NCBI GenBank assembly: GCA_951406725.2
Contig: OX597823.1
Span: forward strand, 69,626,001 to 69,690,000
Source of the DNA: Octopus vulgaris
Lineage: Eukaryota
Direction: 5' to 3'
Length of the DNA stretch: 64,000 nucleotides
Shown here: piece by piece, positions 1 to 14,044 of the stretch
How the letters are laid out: every line of letters starts with the position of its first letter
Numbering within the stretch: position 1 is the first letter of the stretch
Made by a program: the position numbers and the translations under genes
The notes under the pieces: model-generated
Database searches by the model: none
Seen by the model: only the letters and a program-made list of their open reading frames with translations
Told to the model about the DNA's origin: nothing

Positions 1-50
1 ACCCCTAAGGGTGGATGCTACTGTAGCTTGTAGCCCCAGGAGGACATCTC
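1..50 (-). mobile_element. Truncated second copy of the hammerhead-bearing ~353-bp retrozyme-like unit (runs off window start)
   Basis: acccctaagggtggatgctactgtagcttgtagccccaggaggacatc aligns with 49822-49870 (accactaatggtgggtgttactgtagcttgtagccccaggagaacatc). Confidence 0.75.
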
Positions 51-2638
51 GCTCAGAGATTTATTATTAACAATATAGTAATAAAAGATTCGTGGCAGGG
101 ATCGAACTAACTCCATTGCCTTTCAAATCCAATCTATTTGCTCTGTCTCATCCAGTGATCAATTAGAATGATTGCCGTTATTTCATATGGAAAATTTGTT
201 TTACAGATGACACACAGTTGCATATACACCGAAAGATATACACATCATCATACAATCACACAGTTCTGTTTATACAAAGAAATAAAACAGTGGTATGTAA
301 CAATCACAAATAAGTATATAGATATACACAAACAGATAAACGGATAGATATCACATTTCCTAGAACATATTAAGACACGCAGATTCATAAAGTAATATAC
401 AGATGCGCACTCACTTACGTACACACACAATAATACACACATGCGACCAAGTGTCTGTAAAGGTATATACACAAACATGTAGAGAAAATACAAAGAACTA
501 TGTTCAATGAAGAACTTGTAATGTCCAATGTAAAGACTAATTGACAAACTCTGCTTTCTTCCCAATTTATACCAATTATTTAATTGAAGTAGAATCTTTT
601 AGATGATCTCTTAAGGATTATGAAATTTATTTTACTCCAGTATTTAAGATCTAACCATGCTTTCTTTTCTTTGAAGTCATGTAAGCATTCATAAAATATT
701 GTTTCTTGTACTAAATATTTTAAAGTTGGACGCAAATAGAAAAAAGAACTTGTAGAATATCAATCAAATTAATAGAGATTGAATTTTCTCTTTCATCAGT
801 TAAACCAGATAAAACCAAAGGTATAACACAGAGATAACAGAGATAACGTGGTTACAAATGCGATATTCAACTCACGAAACACCTGAGCGTTAGCACAATT
901 ACAGAATTTACGTATTTTCTTTGAGAAATAATTTGATAGTGGTTTTACATTAAGAAAATTTCACAATTCATTTGTCACTATTTCTTCCTTCTGTCACAAT
1001 AATCGAATACTTTTGAACAACAGTAATTGAGAGGCGCCAAACTAGATGACTTGTCTTGTAGTATCTATAACTTTATATAATGCTAGTGATAAGTTTCGTT
1101 TTATTTTTCCCAGGCTTCTAAATAAGTCGCGATCATAAATCTGACTATTTATGTTCAGCAATGTACGAAGTTATATAAAACTTATGTTAATATGCATTGT
1201 TATCTCCTTCTCAAAATATACTATTTCACAAAATCCCTCCAAATGTGAAAATTTAGATTTTCATTTGAACTTTTCGGAATTAAACCTATTTCCAGCAACA
1301 TCTCCGATTTTAAAATATTGTTCATCGCAAACAGGATTGCAATAAAATAGATTCAAATTGTAAACAGAATTCTAATGGAACTGGATACATGAGATATTGT
1401 TCTTAACTCATTACATTTCCTATTCATACTGTTCAGTGTATCCTGTTTACATAAACCAGCAGGAGAGAACTGGCTATTTGTAGTATCAATTTTCCAGTCT
1501 TTTATTACATTTAATGACTTCTATAATCTCAAAACCAGTATATTAGTGATACTGAATATTATATGTCGAACTATAATTTTCATATTTATAAGTACGCAAT
1601 AGGATCCATTTGTAAATATACTTCGAAACTTTAAACGGAACATTAGATAAGCGAGCTTTATCAAACGTTGCAAATATTACTCGTCGCACATATTATTGTC
1701 TAGAAGTGTAGGCGTGCTTATGCATTTTAAGAATTCACTTTATCAACTACCATGTTTTAAGTTCTCTTCGACAGCACTGAACCCTGGCCAAGTATTCTCT
1801 GTCTTAGCTTTGAGGCAGCCAAAACCATGTGAAAACGACGAACGTGAAGAAACAATATGTTCCAGGATCATCGGCTGCAAACTGTTAGTGTAATGTACTG
1901 TTGCCAATTATTAACCATTGCCTTTACAAAAGTGTCTAATTGTGGCGAACCAGAACAATGATTGAGGTGGCTGTTATGAAGATCTAACAATACAGCGACG
2001 TAATATAGTCTATGTATATGTATTTGCGATTGTGAGAGAAGCGTTCGTAGTATCTAACGATACCAGAGCTCTAGGAGTAACGGCTGGTTGCCTTAAAATA
2101 TCTACATACTGTTTTAATTCAGACATTGCCTTAGCAGGCAGCAGTTGATAGTAAATATATAGGTGTTTTTGTGTGTGTGTACGTGTGCGCGCACGTGTGT
2201 GTGTGTGTGTGTGTGTCTGCGCACGTACGTGTGTGTGTGTGTGTGTACGTACGTGTGTGCGTGTATCTGTGTGTGTGTGTGCGCGTGTGTGTGTTCTCTC
2301 TTGTGGTGCATAAATCATTCCATTCCTGTTTCATCTAATTTTCGAAAAAGACTGCTGTTGAAATTTAAAGGAAAGATTATACCACAATTCTCTTAAGAAA
2401 GCTTTCTTATAGTTTATTCCACTGTTGGTTATATGTGTATGTGAGTGTATGAGTGTGTGTGTGCATGTGTGTAATAACTAGATTGTTAGGATATTTAGCA
2501 TAGAATAGAGTAGAATAAAATAGAATAGAATAGAATATAATAGATAGATAGATAGAATATATATGTACACACATACCTATACATATATGAAGAACGGGTG
2601 AGGATATAGATATATGTGCGTGTGTGTATGTATGTAGG

Positions 2639-2714
<76 letters not shown>

Positions 2715-2755
2715 TATATACATATATATATGTTATATATATATATATACATATA

Positions 2756-2799
<44 letters not shown>

Positions 2800-3512
2800 C
2801 ATATGTACGTGTGTGTGCTAGTGTTTACACGTATGTCGAATCCGAGAGAGAGAGAGAGAGAGATAGGCGGTTTCAGGAAACTTTTGATATAAAAGCCATT
2901 CTTTCTAAATCACGATGCGTCTAATTGTATGCAAATTGAAGTGGATCTATCCTGTAATCCGTATTGATTCTTGTCTTTATCTGACATGATATACTTAACA
3001 ACCTCTTAGTGATTCTACTTTGGCATAAAGCTTGTTTGTGTTGTTATTGTTGTTGTTATAATATTGTTGTCTTTGCAGTCGTGTATTTTTGTTATTTTTT
3101 CTTTTGGTTTTGCTAAACAAAATATCACTTACTTGTGTATGTATGTAAAAACTGGATTTAACTCCTTCATATTGCTTCTTTCAAATCACACCATAATTCA
3201 ATGCGTGAGAGGCAATCTTTTGTGAAAACTATCGGTGTAAGAATTGCACGCTTGATATCTTGAGTTATGTTATTCTTCTATTCGTCTATTCTTGAAATTG
3301 CTTCAATCATATGGTCATGCTGTAGCATTATCTCAAAGCGGTATGGTCGATCATATTCACATATGTACGAGTTTCTGCTGTCTGATAATTATTTTCTCGA
3401 CATCTATTCATCATATGGCTAGGATACTTTCTGACGTAAATGGATGAAACTCGTTATGTTTTACAGCGATATGCACAAACACACATAATCACACGCACAT
3501 ACACATATAGCC

Positions 3513-3577
<65 letters not shown>

Positions 3578-3920
3578 TCTACTTCCATGCCTTAGAACAT
3601 TTTTTCAACCAATATATCCCTCTTTATTTGTTCTCTACTTATTATTTCTTTACCCCTTCTCCTCCTATGGTTTAGCCTTTGACGTCAGATCTACTAACGG
3701 TTTTTTTTTAAATACTTAATACCGTTCGGTTTATCATTTATGCAGTCATCAAAATTGTTATAATGTTTTGTTGTTGATATAGGTTCTCTTTCTTTCCTGA
3801 TGAGAAGATTACAGTATTTTACATCGTTTATTCCTTTGGAATAAAACCAATGTTGTCTTCGAAACATATGTCGAAAGTAAATGAATTTGCATAACACCTG
3901 CGTTCAACTCTATTTATTTA

Positions 3921-3998
<78 letters not shown>

Positions 3999-5630
3999 AT
4001 TACACACACATACATACACACACACATATACACGTGTATATGTCAGTGGATGCTTGAGTTCCCGTCTATAACATTACATTCACATGATATAAGTTAATCC
4101 GAGTCTGCTGCAAATGACGCTTCCAAGTTGCAATGCACTAAAACCGAACCCGGATTCGTAATCACACGGTTGTGCTTTCACTTATATTTTACCATTAATA
4201 GAAATGGGTTTTAGGAACTAGGAGAACGCTAAATTATATTAGGCTATGGTCATAAAGTAAAAAGTGGACACAGCCGACCTATTCGCGCGCACTGGAAGGT
4301 AGGAAACGCCGAGCACTTGCGTGTCCTCCATTTCCATCACTGTATGTTACAACTTTGCATCAAAGTTCTTGCTTTCTGACCTTGGACTGCTGTCCTTCTT
4401 ATTGCTGCTATTGCCGTGTTTGTTTTTAAAAAAATCAGCACGAGTAAAATGTTTTATGGTGTGGTTGATTTGTGCTTGGAAACAACATCTTCAAATCACA
4501 AAGTGTTTAGAACCGTTCATCAATTTATCTATTTGTAAGTCTATATCATGTTTGTCACGTCTTGTCTTGTATGAAGTGATGTTTTTTTAGCTTAATCTGG
4601 GGCGAAGTGCATCGGCCAAGTTTTTTTTTTCTTTTTTTGCAGGACGTAAAATTAAAAGCTAGGAGGCAGAATCTGGCGACATGGTCCTAATGTATCTAAC
4701 AAAATGTAGTCAGCTAAAGGAACCGAAGAATAAAGTGGTGAGAATAAACTGGATGACGGTATATGTCTAACATTCCGAAACAGATACATCTAATTTTACA
4801 GGCTTCTACACCGATAGCACCAACTCAGTTTTATTCACTACACACGTGGTTATAAATAGTTACACGGTTACGCGCAAATAGTCCGTAATTCACATGAACT
4901 TCGTTAGCTGACCGTAATAATCGAACTCAGTGTAATTTTAAAAGGAAAATTCTATGCCGAGTTTAACTAGAATAAAATATTGGAGTTTAATTAGAATAAA
5001 ATATTGGACTTAGTCAATTGAGTACCTATGGCTTATGAGTTATTTCTGTTCAAAACAATTCATCCTTTCACTGAAAAGCATTTTATCATCATCTACATTT
5101 CGTTGATTCTACCGTAAATACTTCAGCAAATATGCAAAAAGTGTATGATGCTGGTCAGGTCATAAACGACCAAAACATATTCGGAGTTTTCCTCCCGTAT
5201 ATACAAAAATATTTACAATAATATCAGTCATGAACTAACATCGGTTTCTTTTCTTTATCAACAAAATGTTTTGATATCTTTTCATACACTCTGAATTAAA
5301 GATATCAATACTAACTTCCTCTTATTCCTATCAAGGACCTTTGTATTAAAATAGTTAAAATTGATGTTTATTGGCAATGGAGCAGACAAATAGTGAGGAA
5401 TTTTACCAAATGCCTTGCCGTATTGATTTATGCCATGCATTGCTCTTAGTTCAAACCTAGCCAGTGTTGGCTTTGCATTTTCTCCCTAAGGATAGATAAA
5501 ATAGTAATCAGTAATGTACTGGTGCATATTTATTCGATTAGGTATTCGTCTACAAATTTATGTATGACTTTTGAGCCATATAGAGAACAACAAACGAATT
5601 TCTCTCAATGCACATGTTTTCATAATGATA

Positions 5631-5906
5631 CAAGAGATGTCCATCGGATGAAATGGTCCACGGACCGGTGCCGGTCCGCGAGCCATCAGCTGCCGGTACG
5701 CGGTGAGTTTCCAGAAAAGAAAGGAACATTCTAAAATGCTTATAAAATGCTTATGTAATATTGTATTATTTGTTTACAAAATGAATATAACATAAAAATA
5801 TTGTCATCTTTTATTATATTCATTATATATATTGTTTCCGGTATAAATTAATATTACTAAGAAATATTACCGGTAGCTGGCACATCAGATAGTTTGAGAA
5901 GCACTG
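5631..5906. mobile_element. Probable hAT-type MITE remnant
   Basis: Right end is the reverse complement of CAGTGCTTCTCAAACT (hAT/Charlie-like TIR), with GC-rich subterminal ggtccacggaccggtgccggtccgcg; left TIR is degenerate. Confidence 0.5.
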
Positions 5907-6135
5907 ATCTAGATAATTATATATCTAGATGAACGGCGAGATGAACACAGTCGAAAAGCTTTTGATGATAGTTTCACTTGATCATGGCCTTGTGTTGTAT
6001 ATCTGTAACGCTAGTTTCATTCTTTAATGAAACCAGTGACGACCTCAGTACGTTGTATCCGTTGTTTCCATTCACCCATCGTAGTCAAAAAGGGGGATAA
6101 GAGGTGGAGCGGGAAGGAGAAAGATAGTGAGAGAA

Positions 6136-6181
<46 letters not shown>

Positions 6182-6197
6182 TTATATATACATATAT

Positions 6198-6228
<31 letters not shown>

Positions 6229-6244
6229 ATATATATATATATAT

Positions 6245-6327
<83 letters not shown>

Positions 6328-7668
6328 GTACCCCACATGAAATAAATGTTATCGGTTGTGATGCGACGTCATATGAAAGGTTATATGACATTCTTGCTTT
6401 GTTTATCATTTAATATTGCTTGAATATAATATGGTAATGAGTTATATTTGTATATAGTCAGAAACGGAGCATAAAGATGTAGTTGATAACTAATTAATAT
6501 TCTCTAAGCTAACATAATCAATCATGACTAGTATTTGTGATTTTGAGGTATCGTATCTGCTGTGTAAGAAAAATAGATTATCTTCAAGTTGTTGTTCAAA
6601 TGAAAGATCTTAAAGAATACTTTATTTTTCTAATGAGTTCATATATATCAAAATGACACAATGGAAAAAACCAATAAGTCGGAATAAAAGCCCTTTCTTT
6701 CTCATTTTTGTTCATAGCTATTTGCTGACTAACAGTCAATACAATTTGTCTCAGAACAGACTCTCTTCTCATTGCGTCTGTTTTCTTTTCTTTTTTTAAT
6801 CATAAGGATAAATCGTTCATCGTAGTTTTATTTGAGCATAGCTAAATCTCATGAGGTAGTCATAAAGGTACTAAATAGTAAATCATAGTTTCATCCGCTT
6901 ATATATAATGAACTGTGCTGAAATTAATTTTCTCTAATTTCAGTTTGATAATTAACTTCGTTGCTTGCTTTTGATTAGGCTGTTTCATTGGGCAACCAAC
7001 TTATTGTCTGCGTATATATATTTCTAACATCTCCAGTAACTCAGATGATTTGTACTTATTATTCAATGAAAGTTATAGCTGAAACTGTCAGATATCATTT
7101 GGCCCAGGTCTATTTAATTGTCATTAGACCAGACATCGCAGTTAATGAAATAGATTGCAGAAAGTAAAATCTCTCCAGTGCTATTGATATGAAAATTATT
7201 TGAAATTTAACCGTTTTACTAAATATAAATTATCTATTATACTGCATAATAGCAGGCTTTAAGTTTTAATTTCCTGGTGATAATCTGAAGCTGAAATCAG
7301 CCAAACGTGACAACGTACTCGCTCATAAGCAAGTATGGTAATATCTACCGTGATTTCTCTTATTGTTTCAGTTGATTGTGCCATCAAGAAGAAACATGGA
7401 CACTCTCCCAGCTACCCTATCCTTGATTCTGCAGAACAACTAGAATGTGGGAGCTGGAGATAGAGAACGACTAGTACGCAATAATAGCTGAATAGAATGA
7501 ACCAGCATGAAGTGAAATGGTTTGTTCCAAAACACAATTTGTCAACTGGTTCAGGAATCAAACCCAACATCTTTTGATTGGGAGCCTCGCGTTCAAATCA
7601 ATAGGCTACGTGCCTTCAGAATGTTAAGCATGGACGTGAAAACAATACTAATATTAACTGTAGTACTT

Positions 7669-7851
7669 GGGCGGTGAGTTGGTCGAACCTTTAGCCGCAT
7701 TTCGTACTCTTAGTTCAAATTCTGCCGGGACTGACTTTGACTTTATCCTCCGGAAGTTGATAAGATAAGTACCTGTTGAGTACTGTGATCGGTGTAATCG
7801 ACTTAATCTCTTTTCCAAACTTACTGGTCTTGTGCCAAACTTTAAAACCAA
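7669..7851 (+). mobile_element. tRNA-derived SINE (abundant family, tail ...ttgtgccaaaatttgaaacc)
   Basis: B-box-like gttcaaattc; body homologous to copies at 32962, 42339, 37683, 18164 and 57776. Confidence 0.7.
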
Positions 7852-7970
7852 TACAGTTCTATATTTAAGAGATGAGGAATCATGTACATTATTTACAATT
7901 GACGGATATTAAGGAAGGACAGGAGAATATTAGATTTATAAACCCTAAAATTCACACCACATTTGCCCAC

Positions 7971-8045
7971 GGGCATATGGCGTAGTGGTTAAGAGCTACT
8001 AACCCCAAGATTCCGAGTTCGATTCCAGGCAGTGACCTGAATAAA

Positions 8046-8125
<80 letters not shown>

Positions 8126-8250
8126 CAACAACATCGAAAACTACCTTAGAAATGAGAACCCCAAGACACCTGAAGAAGGCTGGAGGGTATATCAGCCGAA
8201 ACGTTGTGTTGACAACAAACAAGATGAGGACAAAAATCCGTCAATTTAAA
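7971..8250 (+). mobile_element. tRNA-like head + (AAT)n + minimal hammerhead (Penelope-associated composite)
   Basis: A box TGGCGTAGTGG at 7978, B box GTTCGATTCC at 8017, (AAT)n 8041-8130, HHR 8165-8210. Confidence 0.65.
8165..8210 (+). ncRNA. Minimal type I hammerhead ribozyme
   Basis: GACAC-CTGAAGA-A-GGCTG..CAGCC-GAAAC-GTT-GTGTT: stem I GACAC/GUGUU, stem II GGCUG/CAGCC, stem III reduced to palindromic ACGU. Confidence 0.75.
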
Positions 8251-8644
8251 GCCAATATTAATCGTAATAGTAGGTTATGCTGCGCACAAAATCCTGGATG
8301 AATACATTAAACAAAAGTCAATTACTGAATCACCTGTGCCTAGCAGCTCACTGCACCAAAATTAACCCTGCTAGGGAAAACTCAAATCTTATGTGCACTT
8401 CATAGTTTTAATTCCCAACTCAGGGTACACTCTTTGCAAAATACAAATAAGACATTGTTCTATACGATCGTCAACCAATCACATAACACAATCCGCACAC
8501 AATCACTACATAATAAAATACCATACACTTAAATATACAATTCAATGGCATTCTATGCTTGCTCGGAATTTTGACCTGTGTGTTGAACATACTTCTCTGA
8601 AGACATCCAGGTACATAATAACAACTTAGCTATTGTTGGATCAT

Positions 8645-8711
<67 letters not shown>

Positions 8712-8983
8712 CACATATATATATTGACACACATGCGCGCGTGTGTGTATGGAAAAAGTTTTTGAATATTCAGATTATCTACTCTCTTGAAGGGGAGCTG
8801 GTCGTCATTGCTATTTGGTTGTTATGTCACATCGTCCACTAGAAGTGCAGGTGGTTTTAAGAAATCAAGAGATTTTGTTGCATGGTATTTGACATACTGG
8901 TATATGTTTATGTTATTCAAATAAATAATTCCTGGCCATTTCGAATGATTCCTTTTCGCTCATTTCAGTTTCCCTCGCTTTAA

Positions 8984-9115
<132 letters not shown>

Positions 9116-9143
9116 GTTGATGATAGGATATATAAATAGATTA

Positions 9144-9424
9144 ACCGGCATTCCGTCGGTTATGACGACGAGAGTTCCAGTTGATCCGAATAACAGAACA
9201 GCCCGTTCGGAAAATTAACAAACAAATGCCTGCGCACTTTTCAGACATGTGTACCCTTAACGTAGGTCTCAGGAAGATTCAGCGAGACACAGAGCTGAAT
9301 TACAGTTTTCCAGCTATGTAGACTGGAGCAGTGTCAAATAAAGTGTCTTAATCAAGGACACAACGCACCGCCGGTTTTCCAACTTACAAACGTACGATCA
9401 TGAGCCACTAAGCCATGTACCTAC
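9144..9424 (-). mobile_element. SINE with tail ...gtcgtcgtaaccgacggagtgc (RTE-like tail)
   Basis: Homologous to 48845-49145 and, in the opposite orientation, ~24000-24200. Confidence 0.6.
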
Positions 9425-9429
9425 ACAAC

Positions 9430-9573
9430 TATGGTAAGAAGCTTACTTCCCGACTACCTAGTTCAGGGTTCAATCCCAATACGTAGCACCATGGGCAAAT
9501 ATCTTCTCTGTAGCCTTGGGCCGACCAAAGACTTGTGAGTGGGTTTGGTAGACGGAAACTAAAATAAGACAAT

Positions 9574-9648
<75 letters not shown>

Positions 9649-9860
9649 GTGTGTATGTGTTTGTGTTTGTATTGTCCACCATCACCGTACAACAACCGGT
9701 GTAAGTTACGTAGTCGTGACTTACTGGTTCGACACAAGATACCGATAGAATAAGTACTAGGCTTCGAAAATTAAGCTATGGAGCCGATTTGCTCGAGTAA
9801 AGCCTTTCAAGGCAGTGCTCCATCATGGCCACAGTCAGGTAACTGAGACAAGTAAAAGAA
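9430..9860 (+). mobile_element. tRNA-derived SINE with internal (GT)n
   Basis: ggttcaatcc B box; ggccgaccaaag..ttgtgagtgg.tttggtagacggaaact body, shared with 29266-29660. Confidence 0.65.
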
Positions 9861-10973
9861 TTAAAAAATAAAAGAATATGTATCTATCTTTCTAAACATA
9901 CATACATGTAAATATGACTGTTTACGCGTATGCCTAGAATCTATGACCATATGAATGAAATAAATTTGACATACACAAATCCAAAATAAATAACGAACAT
10001 AGTGGTGTTAAAATATATTTCTTGGCATACATATACATTTAAAACCGCTGGAATTATAATGATTTAAGCCTTGTCATATTAGTCATCTATGTATTTGATA
10101 TTTTAGATATGACATTACCGGAGTATTATTAGTTATCTATGTAACACATTCAATATGGCCACTGTATCAAACATCTTTTTCGGTTGAATCTTCGATATCG
10201 TCGCCATTATACAGTTTGTTCTAATTCCTTAATTAATAATTTTATACTTTATTAACAAATAATTTTTATCAGTTACTTTTTATAGATCACCTTTTGACTA
10301 GTAATTGTTTTATCGTGCTCATTTTTATTTGTTTGGTATGATTGAGACCCTCAACGTATAATTATTGATATCATCTTTTCAATTATAATTATTGAGATTA
10401 TAATCGTAATCACGCTCTAAACTGAAATGCTAAAATAATAATCATATCATTATCATTATTTTTTTTTTCGTTCTCATTGTTATCATTGATATCATTATCA
10501 AAACCTTTATTGTGTCCATTGATGCCATTATCTTCGTCCTCCTCTCACTTCTCTTGTTCTTGTTCCTTCTTATTATAATTGGCTTCATCCTCATCTTCAT
10601 CGTCGTCAACGGCACCGTTATCGTTATCATCATCACATCAGCCACAAAAACAAAAACAATATTGTCATTCTCATTTCCATCGGCACTAGTGCCGTCCTGG
10701 TCACCTCTCATATCATCACGTCATCCTACTTCTCCTTCTTTTTGTCTCATAACCATCATCATAATCATCATCGCCATCATCATCATTGTTGCTATTTTGA
10801 ACAGCACCCAGAAAACAATAATCACTAATATTATGGTTGTAAACATAACGATAAACATCACGATATATACCATAATCGTGATTAGGATAGCAATCTCTAC
10901 CATCATCAACAAAAACAAAAACAAACTTATAGCTATCATTATCACTTCTACCATTGTCATGGTCACAATTACA

Positions 10974-11019
<46 letters not shown>

Positions 11020-11340
11020 TCGTCGTCGTCTTCGCCGTCACTCTCATCAAACTTTATATTCTTGATTGTTTTCGGTCAGCATTCATTTCTGTAAAAGTAT
11101 TTTCCCAGTGTTGAAATATATTCCCGCTCCCTTCTACACGCACATTTCACACTTGCAAACATACCTTACACACAATTCACACACATGTGTTTGTCATGAA
11201 GAGGAGAAAAAAAAAATCAAGCCATAGTTTTTGGAAAAGGTTAACGTTAGTTTCGGAAGAGAATCATGTCAAATTATAGTATACGTAAACGAAATGCAGT
11301 TACGCTCTCCCAACTATACACACACGCGCACAAACACACA

Positions 11341-11395
<55 letters not shown>

Positions 11396-11822
11396 CTCCC
11401 TCTCTCACATACACATACACACACACGTGTATGTATGTACGTGCGTATGTATGTATGTATGTATGTATGTATGTATGTATGTATGTATGTATGTATAGAG
11501 TATTCCAATATCTGATGCTTCAGAACAAAGAAGCTGGTACTAATATATTAGGTAATAGTGTGAGAATACGGTTATTTACATTATTATATATTTATTAATG
11601 ATATTAAAATGTATCTTCTTACATATAATGAAACGCAATATGTATCTCGAACAGTTTAGGAGTGGCTGACCATCAGAGACGCTGAAGGTATACACACTGC
11701 ATTCAAATGCCTTGCTCTGAAAACGCAGGTCATTTAATTAAAATAAAGCTGCAAACTTTTACCTCAAATTGCATTTTGTTTATTAGATTCACACACATAT
11801 ATATATACATATATATATATAC

Positions 11823-11875
<53 letters not shown>

Positions 11876-11877
<2 letters not shown>

Positions 11878-12982
11878 AATTGAGATAGGGGTTGTAAATG
11901 CAACCCTCCATGGGATAACATATATCCAATATACTGCTAGTGAAGTACCCAACAAGGTTAATACATAAATGTTAAGGATTGCGATGCAATCAATTCATTT
12001 ACTGTATTATATGGGCAAAGGTAAAATGTTTTACCACAAATTCATAATACAAAATAAGAAAATGGAGAAATACATCTAAATCAAATATCAATTACCAGAT
12101 AATACTCAATCACATACTTTATTAAACCACCACATAAGAAACTATAGGGTCAAACATAAAAAAGTAGAGCAAAACAGTGCACATAAAGGAGTGTACATAA
12201 AAAAGTGTACATAAAAGAGTTACGTTATACAATAAGTAGAATATATATAAGAGAATATAAATATAAGTAAATATAAATATAAATATAGATTACGTCTTAC
12301 AGCTGTTTCGGCTATGTAGATAAGTATGTCTCATTTTACTTATATTAGCCTTTTATGGTAGGTCAATATGTAGTTATAAATGAGACATTTACAAAAATAT
12401 CATAAGGCCTCTTCAAGATTATGTGATATAAATCAGTCTACATATATACCCATATGGGTGTGGGTACATACCCACAATACATCATATACATATACGTATG
12501 AGTGCATATACTCACACTCCTATACATATAAATATATACATATACATAATGATATAAATAATATAAATTAGTAAACCTACATAAGCTCCACATTAAATGT
12601 TACAGTTTTTCAACTTAATATTGTGATAATAAACATACACATATTAATACCTAAATGCAGATATACAGAGCCAATAGTACATTATATTGATTCCTACAAA
12701 TTTCTAAAGTGTCATTAAAGTTAGCATCATTATCATTGTCAATACCATTAATGCTACCAATTTATATTTACTTATATTTATATTCTCTTATATATATTCT
12801 ACTTATTGTATAACATTACTCTTTTATGTACACTTTTTTATGTACACTCCTTTATGTGCACTGTTTTGCTCTACTTTTTTATGTTTAACCCTATAGTTTC
12901 TTATGTGGTGGTTTAATAAAGTATGTGATTGAGTATTATCTGGTAATTGATATTTGATTTAGATGTATTTCTCCATTTTCTT

Positions 12983-12988
<6 letters not shown>
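11876..12988 (-). mobile_element. Penelope-like element terminal remnant with ~228-bp inverted repeats and decayed hammerhead, inserted in (TA)n
   Basis: IR 12051-12278 / 12760-12987; HHR-like motif 12292-12420 on the minus strand; (TA)n on both sides. Confidence 0.65.
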
Positions 12989-13030
<42 letters not shown>

Positions 13031-13064
13031 TGTATGTATGTATGTATATATAGTCCCCTCACTC

Positions 13065-13109
<45 letters not shown>

Positions 13110-13226
13110 ATATATATATATATATATATATAGGATACTTAGGAGGGTTCTTGGTATCTAAGACATCTTTACGTAGCCATCTGTTAGGATTCTTTTTTTC
13201 TAACAGCCTAAACTGTTGAGTGTATA

Positions 13227-13815
<589 letters not shown>

Positions 13816-13823
13816 ATAATAGC

Positions 13824-13866
<43 letters not shown>

Positions 13867-13971
13867 GTAGTAGTAGGAGTAATAATAATAATAATAATGA
13901 TAATAATAATAATAATAATGATGATGATGATAATAATAATAATAATAATAATAATAATAGTAGTAGTAGTA

Positions 13972-14036
<65 letters not shown>

Positions 14037-14044
14037 AATAAAAT

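Noticed and set aside
560-1900. Possible decayed minus-strand coding relic (AWLDLKYW..KRSSKRFYFN, LINE-linker-like)
   Set aside because: Single weak motif with no flanking EN or RT motifs identifiable
2010-2924. Many overlapping YI/HT/CV-rich ORFs (also at 6 kb, 22-24 kb, 44-46 kb and 56 kb)
   Set aside because: Translations of stop-free microsatellites
7971-8038. tRNA gene
   Set aside because: A/B boxes are present but the anticodon and acceptor stems do not form a proper cloverleaf; treated as a SINE head
10442-11114. 200-aa hydrophobic membrane-protein-like ORF
   Set aside because: Degenerate (ATC)n tract giving poly-Ile; no domain signal
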